Below, one piece after another: positions 25,601 through 37,600 of a stretch of DNA of 64,000 bases. Below the pieces are notes generated by a model that was not told the origin of the DNA, did not search any database, and saw only the letters and a list, made by a program, of their open reading frames with translations. The DNA is from Chiloscyllium plagiosum (lineage: Eukaryota): contig NC_057720.1 in assembly GCF_004010195.1 (NCBI RefSeq), forward strand, positions 13,049,722 to 13,113,721, in the 5' to 3' direction. A program made the position numbers and the translations under genes. How positions within the stretch are numbered: position 1 is the first letter of the stretch; each line of letters begins with the position of its first letter.

Positions 25601-28600
25601 AATATGCATATTTTAATAACCTTTTGCACAAAAATGTTTCCCAATTTTCATTGGTGTTAAATTTTAAACTTCATGCAAGTGGATAGCTAAAACTCTTAAG
25701 ATCACTCATATCTATATACCTTCAATAGAGTTATTTAGTATATTTACATAGAAAAGTGTCAACAACTCCACTATCCTTTCTTGAAAGCAGTGTTTAATCT
25801 ACATTTGTTAAAATTTCATCTAGTTATTTCTTTTAACAAAAAGAATAACTCCACATGTTGTTGTCATAGCTTTTCTTGCCTGTAAGCCCTCTTTTGAAGA
25901 GCTGTAAATATACCCTTTAACTTGCAAGTGTTCCAAGTGTGGACTGTGCGCTTTTGGTTCCACACACCTTCTGCAGTTACACAATAAGACGTCTGTCTTA
26001 AATGTGGCAAAAATCTAAGAGACCCAGATTAAACATCAGCCTTGTGTATTTCACTTGACTTTTTTGTATTCATTCTTGGGGTGTGGACATCACTGGCAAG
26101 GTTTTCATTCTGAACTATCTTCAAGATGGTGGAGCAAGCTGCTTTATTAGAACTGCTGCCCAGACTACTTTTAGTGGGTACCAGTGCAATGAGTGATGAG
26201 ATGTAGTTGCAACCCAGAATATTGATTGCCCTAGTTAAAGCCAGCGCCTCATGGCCTTATTAGCACAATTTAATTGGCTCATAGTTTAAAGTTCTTTACC
26301 ATGTCAAGATTCTGCATAGAAGGGAGAATTGTGGAATATAAAGCTGTATTTTGGACATAATCCTATCTGACCTCTGTGTGGTTAGAAAATTAAGTATCCC
26401 TTCGGTGGAGGTGCTTATTAATGTCTCTTTCTAAAATCTTACATTTGCAACCATTAAGTGAAGATTTAGCAAAGAAAATTCATTGCAAGAAACCAAGAAA
26501 TATTCACAGTATATTGAGTTGCAAAAGATTTCAAATGATACTCAATTCTCCTTTAAAATACCAAAAGAGAAACTGCTGGAAAATCTCTGCAGGTCTGGCA
26601 GTAAGGAGAGAAAAGAGCTGATGTTGAGTCTAAATGACCCTTTGTCAGTTCTCCTTTGTTGACCATATTTACCTAGGCCAGTTCCCATTTTTTAACATGA
26701 TATTGTCATGAAGTTAATACCAGTCATGTGAAAATAAACAGGTGCCAAACTGTGCCCTAAGAAACAAAGATGAAGGTCGTTCATTTTATGTTAAGTCTCT
26801 TTCATGCCTGCCCTTCATCAATAGACAAGTATCAATTGAAGTACTTTGTTGTGGCATCCTATGATAATTATAGCAAGCTCTGAAATACAAACAAAATGCT
26901 GGAGACACACTGTAGATCGAACAGTATCTGTGGAGGGAGAAAAACAAAGAGCCAGAGTTAAAATTTTGAGTCTGATTGAATTGAATCTGCCTTGAAGAGG
27001 AGTTATAACCAGACTTGAAACTTTAACTCTTACTGACAGACTTGCTAAGTTTCTCCAGCATTTTCTACTTTATTCCAGATTTCCAAAATACACTATTTTG
27101 GTAAGCCCTTGAAATATACACTGTCAGTTCTATGTAGTTTTCAATTTTAGAATTTGGTTACCTTGATCTGAAGACCTTTGAACATCTTGGGCTTATCACT
27201 TCTGACAAAAGCTGGAGAGGAATTTTAAAAAAATGTTAAAATGTAGTGTTTGTAGTATTTTGTATACATAAAGGCTTTCTAAAACAAAAAAATTAGTTCA
27301 CCGCATCATGTAAAAAGTTAAATCACATACTGCAAGTTAATAATTTACTGCTTCCAATGTCAGCTGTAAAATATAAACAGTAAGTGCACAATACAATACA
27401 ATCTATATTAAATATTATGGCCCATTTCCTTCCTCTACAGCATGGTTCAGAATTGCAATATATTTCAATTGTAGCAACCTGATTAATATGTGAATGGTTT
27501 AGGTTGCTTGCAGAATACAAAATATCAGACTTCACACGGGTACTCACAAATCACATGCAAATTTAGAAACATTTGTCATTTTAAATGGTATTCACAGTCA
27601 AGAGCATAATGCTCCTGGCATTGCAGTGACAAACAGTACTGAGCCACAACACAAAAGGTAAGTTTTAAAAGGAAGTAACATTCCAAGTGGAGTTGAGGTA
27701 ATGCTAATATTCACTGGAAACTGAATTTAGCAGCACACATTGGCCCATTTGACACTAATTAAACTCAACTGAAGCCCAATTGTTGGGTTTACCCTGACAA
27801 TTTGGAAGGATGACTAAACTTCACGGGAGAATTTTAGGGAAGATAGGGTCGGTCATAAGGTGGCAGGAGGTGAACTGTCCATTACAAAGACTTTAGTTAT
27901 AATTTTTCCTGAAAGGATCAAATGGACTTCCTTATTCAGCTCTCTCGTGATAAATATATTGCAAGATAAGGTGGTTAATTCCAGGAAGAATGCAAATTAA
28001 GGGCTCCAAATGAAAAGCAATGTTAATTAATTCAAGCCAGCATAACTTCATGAAAACCAAAGGGAGTTGCTAACAGATTAATTGTGCATTTTGGTTAGTT
28101 CAAACACTTAAGTGCTTCATAACCATTGCTTTTCCACTAAAATGAAAGAGGAACACCACTACCAATTTTGACAAACAGGTGGACTCATTTCTACAGAAGT
28201 CGTCCTGCATATAAAAATTGGAAAGGTCAGCTGGACATGGGCATCAGTACATAATGCTGCAATATAATCGGAAGAGCTTGAGGTGAGACAAAGGTGAGAC
28301 AGGAGAGTAGAAGCATGTTAATTGAAGAGAGATGTATTGCCAAATCTTTTAATCTTGCACTCATCAGGACAAATGCAAGATTGCCAAATTAAAAACTGTC
28401 AATTTGCAGTCAAATATCATTTTTAATAAAGCTATTTAACAGTATAATGCGAATTACTAAAAAGGACAGGCTGGGACTATTTTCCTGGAGCATCGGGGGT
28501 TGAGGGGTGACCTTATAGAAGTTTAGAAAATTGTGAGGGACATAGGTATGGTAAATAGACAAGGGGTCGGGGTCAGGGAAATCAAAACCTAGGGGGCATA

Positions 28601-31600
28601 GGTTCAAGATGGGAGGGGAAAGATTTAAAAGGGATCCAGAACAAGTTGGACCAAAGAGTCTGTTTCCATGTTGCAAAGCTCTATGACTCTGACAGAAACA
28701 AAGCATGAATGATCGAGATTTCTGTAATTCAAGATAACCAGGGATGCACATTAAAGTTTTTGTTGCAAACGTTTCGTCCCCTGGCTAGGCGACATCATCA
28801 GTGCTTGGGAGCCTCCTGCGAAGCGCTTCTTTGATGTTTCCTCCGGTGTTTGTAGTGGTCTGTCCCTGCCGCTTCCGGTTGTCAGTTTCAGCTGTCCGCT
28901 GTAGTGGTTGGTATATTGGGTCCAGGTCGATGTGTTTGTTGATGGAGTTTGTGGATGAATGCCATGCCTCAGACAGAGAACAGCCAGGGAATTCCTAGAG
29001 GCATGGCATTCATCCACAAACTCCATCAACAAACACATCGACCTGGACCCAATATACCAACCACTACAGCGGACAGCTGAAACTGACAACCGGAAGCGGC
29101 AGGGACAGACCACTACAAACACCGGAGGAAACATCAAAGAAGCGCTTCGCAGGTGGCTCCCAAGCACTGATGATGTCGCCTAGCCAGGGGACGAAACGTT
29201 TGCAACAAAAACTTCCAGCTCAGTGAACAGAACCACAACAACGAGCACCCAAGCTACAAATCTTCGCACAAACTTTGAATGCACATTAAACCAGAGTACA
29301 ATGAAACTGAAAATGCAACAGACAAGTTTGTGTCTGAAAGCAATACATATTAGGCCATTCAAACCTTCAAGCTTGATCTGTTGTTGAATAATAACATGGT
29401 CGATCCATAGCTTAACTTCATTTACCCACCCGATCACCAAATTCTTTAAAACTCTCACTTATCAAACATTGGTCAACCTCAGATTTCAATTTATTAATTA
29501 AACCAGCATTAGAGCTCATTATGGGTGAGAGCTCCAAACAAATGAAACTGCAATTTTGCCAATTGCAGTAAATGTTGCAATTTCTTTAAATTATTATTAA
29601 TGGAATAAACTGGTCTTTATTCAAATACTAATGTCTTCACTCAAAATCAATGTCATTTTGGATACTGTTACTGCATCAATATTGGATTTCCATTTTGTTT
29701 AAACAGCGAAGAATCTGAGAGTGTGCCAAATGGAGATTGGGGTTGTATCAATACTCTGGCAGTTTAAGAGTGCAGATTAATCCAACAATAAACTTTAAAT
29801 TCAGTTAAAGTTGAAGGATTGGATCTATTGGTAGTCCAGCTGTTTACCTTTACAGTTTCTCACGGGAAATATTCGTGTGCCTGTGACTACCCTGCACAAT
29901 TTAATCTGCCTTTAAAATTAATTGGTTTAACTGGTTGGATCAAATGGCCTTAAAAATAAGCCTGCAGCAAACAATGAGATAAGCATGGGCAAAGCATGCT
30001 GCAAATTGAAGGAGTGGATTTTCAAAAATTAAATAGATTATTTTAATGCTACTTTCATGATTGATATATTTACATGACATGAAGTGACTAAAAATAATTA
30101 AAAATAACCATAAAGACACACCATAAACATAGAAGAACCATTTACCCATGAAGTCTGCTTTGATTCGAAACAGGTTCAGTAAAGAACAAAAACAAATTCT
30201 CAAAAAGAAAGAAAATGAGGCAGACATTAAAGTTAATATGCACCATGTTCTCCAATTACAATACTATTATTATTGTATGCATAAAGAAGATTTATTAAAA
30301 TATTCCTATCATGGTGTAAAAGATTGCTTTAATGAAAATAACAAATCCATCTGATTTCTGTTTGACAGGAAAAGAAATGCACATGGAACTATTTGCTGTC
30401 TTGGTTGGATGAAGAAAGTTAACTGATCTTTGTCATGAAATCCAACTCAAATATAGTGAAGAATTAAAAGAATCACAACATCAGTAAAGAGTTGAAGTCA
30501 GGGATCATCGACAATGAATTAAGATACTTAGCCCCACAGGGGAAGTGCTTCCATCAAAGAATCGTCTCTAGCTAAGGGAGCGTATAACCACTGCTTGCAT
30601 GGTGCCCATGTTACCAGCTTGATGCTCCTTCAGTAATGGAGGAACAAGAGAGATCAACAGAAGGCCTACATGGACCGGCAAAGGGGTTCAATAATGGCAA
30701 TCCTCGGGAGATTTACAAGAGTGGATGTCGAGTATCCAACTTTTGCACAAGCTTTTCTGTCTATTCAGAGGGGAAAAAGTCTCACAGAACCACCACAAGT
30801 TGGCTCAGACATCAGACAGACAGGAAATTTTGCTGCCCATAATTAGTCAATTCTGAAACAGCTTCATAATCTGCAGCAAAGTACATGCTTCCTTGTTTTG
30901 AATGGCATGAAATAGCGATGTGTGCTGGGGGTGTCTTGTATTCACAATTTCAGGTAGGAGTTGAGATACAAAATGAAAATCATTCGAGACACTGAGCATC
31001 AACTATAATCTCTAAACAAGTTTATGATAATGCTGTCTGTATATTTTTGACTGTGCCTTTGTGGTAAATTTGAAGATGACTTTCAGTGAATATCGGATCC
31101 ATTTTCAGCTTCTACTGACATGGGCTTACTATTAGTGCTAGGAAGATAGCTCCTGAAATGCCACTTTAGACCATTGATCACAATTGGTAAATTCAAACCT
31201 AATTGGCTGTGATTAGTTTGCAAGAATCAATTATGGCTTTCAGATAGTAGGAGCAGTCTTTGGTTAACTATCCCCAAATGCTTGGTACCAACCCAATATC
31301 AATGCGGCTGCCAAATCGAAGGTAAATGTGAAACATGCACTCTACAGAAGCCACGTAGCAGTTGAAAGCTTTCAATAACGACAGTTTGTACCTTACTTTA
31401 TATTTTGTGACAGGGCAGGATCATTAATATCAAAAAGTAGTGGAATATACTAACTGCATCAACATTAAGAATATAATAATCAATGCTCAACTCCATTGTC
31501 TGGAACTATGAAGATGGAAGTAGTGTGATATTAGGAATACATGCACTGCATTCAAAGACAGAAAAAGGTTACAACAATACTTTGCAACTTAAAAAAGGGA

Positions 31601-34600
31601 CTCTCAATCCAGAAATAATTTAAAAGAGATTTTTGATTAGGAATTGCTTTTGTTAAAAGACGAAGATTAGATATTAATTCTTAAAATCCAACCGGCCCAA
31701 ATTTGCTCTGTACTTCACCCCCACTCCCCACTCCCCAACTTTAAATGAAACAACTCAATCCTGGTGCCACTGCATGGACACAATTCAAAAACTCAAGTTT
31801 CCTTTTATTGCAACAGAAGCATAAAAAAAAATTGATCAACACAGTGTATTAGGAAAACAGAGCCTTCAAGGTCAGTTACAAAAGTTAGTGTAATCCCCAT
31901 GCTTCGAACAACCTCACACCACTTAGACACCAATGTTCTGATTCTGTATGCATGTTACAGGAAACAATAACCTAGCAAGTCATAAGATACCGAAATCAAA
32001 TCACAGTCAAGATTATGCAGAAAGAACCACACAGTTACATTGTTCAATACAATCTAAAAATACCACTTCAAAAGCAGTGGTGTTGTGTGTTTGACCTTCA
32101 TATAGTCTAATTTTCTCAATACAAACAAGCCTGGTCCAAGTAAAATGAAGTAGTTTTATCCAGGAACATTTGCATTATACCTCAAACACAAGATAGACTG
32201 ATACAAAAATTTTCCTGCATTGTGTCTCCTATAATCCATTTTATATCCATGCCTACTCATTTCAAACTCCTTGTTCATTTGTGTGCAGCTGCCTTGCCCT
32301 AACCTGGAACTCTAAAAATCTGTTCTTTCACATTACCCAGCTATTCACTCCAACCATACTTGTCCTTAATAAGGAAAACAATACATGTCACCTCCACTGA
32401 CACCAAATTCCACCTCCCACTTTAGTTATCCATTGCAACATCACTTCAATATCTTTTCTCAATTTCCTTTGGTCCTTGAATTTATTTACTATGGTTTCTA
32501 TCTTAGATTAATCCAAAAATCCCTCTAACCTAAAATCCAAATCACCGATGAACCAAAGTACAAAAATAATATGAGAATAGAACCACGTAGGATAGATATT
32601 CCCTTCTAATCACTCAGGTAGCACTCAACGTCTGCACGTTTTTTCCCAGCAAGTTTTTAATTTCATGTTGCTACCCTCTAAGCCCACACTCCCAAATCTT
32701 CACAGGCTCTTTCAATGAGATGGCAACAGAGCCAGACAACAGGAGGAAACTGCAGTGCTCAAATAAAAAAATGGAGTACAAAATCCTATTGTGCAAGTGT
32801 GTCAGATTTCCTTTTCTGAAGGGCATTAGTGAACCAGATGGGTTTTCATAATGAACAACGGGTCAGCACTACGACTGAAAATAAATTACAGATTCAATCA
32901 AATTAATTTTCATCCCCTCCACTTATCTGAAAGTGTAATGCAACTAGTGAATCATTTTTGAAGTACAGTCATTTTGCTTTCTATAAATAATAAACAGCAC
33001 AGTTACTGAAAAACAGGAGTGGAATAACCAGCACGGATGGTGTTGACGGATCGATGAATGTTGTTTTGGAGGCTTGAAGAATGCCAACCTAGATAACTGA
33101 GCTCAAATCCGGACATGGGACAATACAGTCTTCTAAATCAGTCACTGCACCAAAATAGCACAAAAAACAAATTCATGAGTGCCTCCATAGCTTTATGAGC
33201 CAATTAAATTTGTCTAATGTTGGAAGTTTTACATTTTTTCCCTTTTAGTTGTAAAGATCCAATGTTGCTTTCCTGAACAGACATGCCAAAATTAAAATAA
33301 TTGTTCATTACCAACATGCATACAAACGTATTCACTTACCCTGGACTTGGGGGAACCTTCCCAATTTTCATCCACACACTTCAAGGACAGCTCCAGCATA
33401 AAGCTGATGGGAAGATAAAACAGTAGCCATAAAAAACACAAATTAATTACATAAAGGCAACAAGCCTCTATTAATCACTATGATAAACAGATTTTGTAAA
33501 TATTTTCAATCGTTATGTTGTATATTATCCATTTACAAGTTCATCCTTTACGTATGCAATTATAGTATGAGTTAAGAGAGCTGTATTTCATACTGCAAAG
33601 CCAGGCTCCCTTGTCAAATTGTTGTCCCATTTCCCCACTCAGTCGAAGCAAAACGCTCAGAGACATAGTATAGTTCTACCTCCATCTTCATTCCAGGCCC
33701 TGGAGGGGGAGCGAATGATTGCCCACGTGCACAGAAACACGAGTTCTCAGTCTTCTCTCTGGAACAGCACTTTCTTAATGAACTATATAGTCATATAAGG
33801 CAACATACATATTGACTGGGTGACCATTTGCAATTGACACTCGCCAATTGTAAGATTAAGCAATCTGCTGTTACACAATGAATAAGTGGCTTTACACAAT
33901 GAATAAGTGGCTTCACAAAATGAATACTTTTCACCTTATTAACTGACTTTACAATATTGTTCAATGGCTCTACATGACGACTGCTTTTCCACCTTGTTAA
34001 CCCATTACCCTTGCAGTTAACAATGGGGTGCTAGAGGCAAGTTCTTATCTGATTTGAGTCATGCTCAGCGGAACCTCTTGTTTTACAAAACTCAGAACTT
34101 AACTCTTTCCCTATATACTGCTCATACGCTATATACACACACACAAAATGGTATTTTAGATTTATGACTTTGCTATTGGAATAACAAAGTCTAGTTTAGT
34201 AATGCTGAGTAACAGAACTCTTCCAGCACTTTTCTCTGATGGACTGCAGAATATGAAATCCTAGTTGTCCTTTGGGTAACCAACTAAATGAAGAATGCTT
34301 AAAACGGAGCAAAATACTTGCAAGTATGATGGCCTTTCACAGACATTTCTCTCTCCAAAAAAGGCATGTTACTTTGACACAACGTAAGAAATGTCAAGAA
34401 GTGATCAGAGGCATAATCGGAACAGTAAAACCTGAAAGCCCAGGACTAAGCTTTTCTTCCAAATTTTCTCCTAGATAGCGTTTGCTATCTGCCACCATGT
34501 AAAGAAATGGAAAAACAAAATTTCATGACAGGAAGTGGGTGGGAGGAATTAAAGTTAACAAATATTTTTCTGTTGATTGTTCAAATTGTGGGAATCAGGA

Positions 34601-37600
34601 TTGTTTACACTTTGGCCTGTGGGCTTTAACCAGCCCATAAGTTTTAAACTTTATTTGCTAGTTTGTCACATTTGAGTTTTGTGTCAGAGAGCTTCTGAAA
34701 GGCTATTTATAGCTATTGCCTTACTGGTGTATCTTCAAATCAGATGGCAGAACAAAGTAACAATAGCTTGAGAAATAAATAAATTTCCATGACCATTGAT
34801 ATTGATGTTTAGATACTCAAAAGATATAGTTACGTTTCAGTTTAGTAAGCCAGACAGATTCGTAATCATGGTCTGCAAATCTTATTTGATGGAATGCTAA
34901 AATTGCAGATGAGGGTCTTCTTCAAAAGTCTATATGGCATAACCTGTGACAAGGCAACATGAATATGAAAGACTTTTCATATCTGAAAAAGAAAACTATA
35001 TCACACTGAAGCATTTCAATGCTGAAGATCATAGCACCAAGAGGCACGAGTTAAGGGATTTATTGTCTAGCATAAATTATACTGCAATATAGTTTACGAC
35101 TTGACCAATGGGTGCTGACTAGTAATTTCTTGGCTGCAACTGAAAGCAATTACATAACACAGGTAATGTGCAACAGCATGCATTTTGCCAATTTATTTTT
35201 GCTTATGCTGATTTCTTCATATTCCAGTGACATTTCCTGCACTCGATGACTATGCTTTATTATGGATGTCTGTTGAAACTTTATTGCTGGAACAGCACAG
35301 CAGGTCAGGCAGCATCCAGGGAACAGGAGATTCGACGTTTCGGGCACAGGCCCTTCTTCAGAACATTATTATGGATGTCTCCCAAGCCACGAAGTAGGCA
35401 AACTTCCAACTGCACTAGTCAAAAGAAAATTGATCTAGAATGTTTTTCCTAACAGACTTAATACAAAAGCAGCACGGGAAAAAAAAAATTAGAAATACTA
35501 TAAAATTACTGTCAATTCAATTTCAACAATAAAAAGATTGGTATTATCCATTATCTATGGTTATCTAAAAACTCATGTGCTGGCTACAAAACATGTAACA
35601 GTGTTGTTCAAGTCAACACTTTGCTCAGGTGAAAAAAAAAATCAATGTACTAATAATGAAACTCTGAAAATAAAGTACAACAACTTGCATTCACTGTATA
35701 GTTATGGGACAAAGTTTAACACCGAGCAATATAAAGAGAGATTGACAGCCTGAGACATTTTGATACAAAAAACTTTTCAGGCCTAGCAATTGACAGCATG
35801 ACCAATGAAGAATTGCATGAGGGAGGTGAAAGGCAATGGAAGAAATTGAAAATCAGAGTGAAAGTTTAACAGGTTTTGTTCAACCAGGAGCCAATATACA
35901 TCAGCGAGAACATGACTTTGTGAATTAATACACAGGCAGAATTTTGAATTACCCCAAGCGTATGGAAAGTAGAAGGTAGGAAGCTGGTCAGGAGCATGCT
36001 GGAATAATCAAATTTGGAGGTAACAAAATGGAAAGTTGGAAATTATTGGGGTTGGAAATAAGCAGACTTGTGATAGTGTGGATATCGGTCAGGAGGTTTC
36101 TCTAGGGGACAATAATGATTTCAATTCAGCAATGCATGAAGTTAACTCCTAGTCAGGAGAAATGCTGGCTACTTAAACTACAAAAGCGCAGCAGGTCAGG
36201 CAGCATCCAGGGAACAGGAGAGTCGATGTTTCGAGCATAAGCCCTTCTTCAGGATTCCTGAAGAAGGGCTTATGCCCGAAACGTCGATTCTCCTGTTCCC
36301 TGGATGCTGCCTGACCTGCTGTGCTTTTCCAGCAACACATTTTCAGCTCTGATCTCCAGCATCTGCAGACCTCACTTTCTACTTAAACTACAAAAACATT
36401 GACAAAGATTGTAAGGTATTCTGCTATATTAATTGCGATATTAAAATAGATATTTTGCTGTATTTACACATTAGCATATGCTGGAAATGACAATTAAATC
36501 AGTGCTTGATGGCCTTTCACAGTCACAGAAAATGTATAGTAGCATTTTAAAAAGATGTTAGAAATCCAGGGTGCAATTTGTCACTTCCCAAAATTCTATA
36601 CCAGCTTTGAGCAAGTGCTCAACTTACTTCCCAACACACAAGTATGAATTGTTACTCAAAGCTCCCAATTAAAGTCTAAATGTGTTAAAACAGAAACGTT
36701 GATCTCATGCTGCGATGACACAGCTCAATGGTCTTCTTATATTTGGAATACAAATAACTAATTTATTCAGATGCATTTCTTACTGCGTACAAGAGTGCAT
36801 TTGTAAAGCTCACTGGCTATTGAGAGTATTCAGGAACAATGTATCAGTTGTGAATCACTTTTAAATGCACTTTGGGGAATAATCATAATACAACAGTGGC
36901 AGTACAAGGCAGCCAGCTGTTCAAATTTAAACCCCAATAAATGAATTACGTTTTGGAAAACTCTGAATCTACAATGAACTTCTGAAGACATTGATGCACT
37001 TTTCTCCAAAATTGCAGCAATACACATTGATATCCATACAAGACTGTTGCAGCTTACAACAAATAAATTCAATTACTACAGAATCAAATAACTGGAAGAT
37101 GCAAATGCTGAGGCTTTGAGCACCATTGACTATTACTGTGCAATTAAAACAGATTGTTGAAGGGGACTAGTGGATACTAAGGGAAGCTAAACACTGCATA
37201 TGTAAAGTCAAAATCTCTGTCCTACTCTTCAGCCTTGACCTAGCCAATTCCAAATGGTGGGGCAACTTGTTGGCAATAAATCTTGTGAAGGTTGCCCACT
37301 GCCCATTCATTTAGCTACCATTTTTGATTCCAATGTGTCAGGTTTCAACTCATTGAATTTAGCCCTCCAAGGTATTTTCACACTTTATTTTATTTTGTCC
37401 TTTATTAAATATTCTCATTCACAAGAGCTGGGTGTTACTGATGAGGCCATCTTTTAAAGGTTACCCTTAATTGGCCTTGAAGATTATACTCAGCTATTCT
37501 ATTTGAACTACTTAGTCAGAGTTATATAGTACCTTCTGTCCAACCCGTCCATACCGACCCATAATCCCAAACTAAATTAGTCCCACTTACCTGTGCATGG

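Larger units (their letters stand above)
28754..29278. mobile_element. Penelope-like fold-back insertion: 217-bp inverted repeat with two hammerhead motifs
   Basis: Arms 28754-28970 and 28998-29214 are reverse complements with one mismatch seen; direct repeat atgcacattaaa at 28744-28755 and 29279-29290. Confidence 0.9.

Noticed and set aside
26560..27085. Further hammerhead-like remnants (about 26620-26650 minus, 26990-27030 plus; also near 47480 and 49540)
   Set aside because: Core nucleotides are mutated or missing; probably old PLE termini, not supportable as ribozymes.
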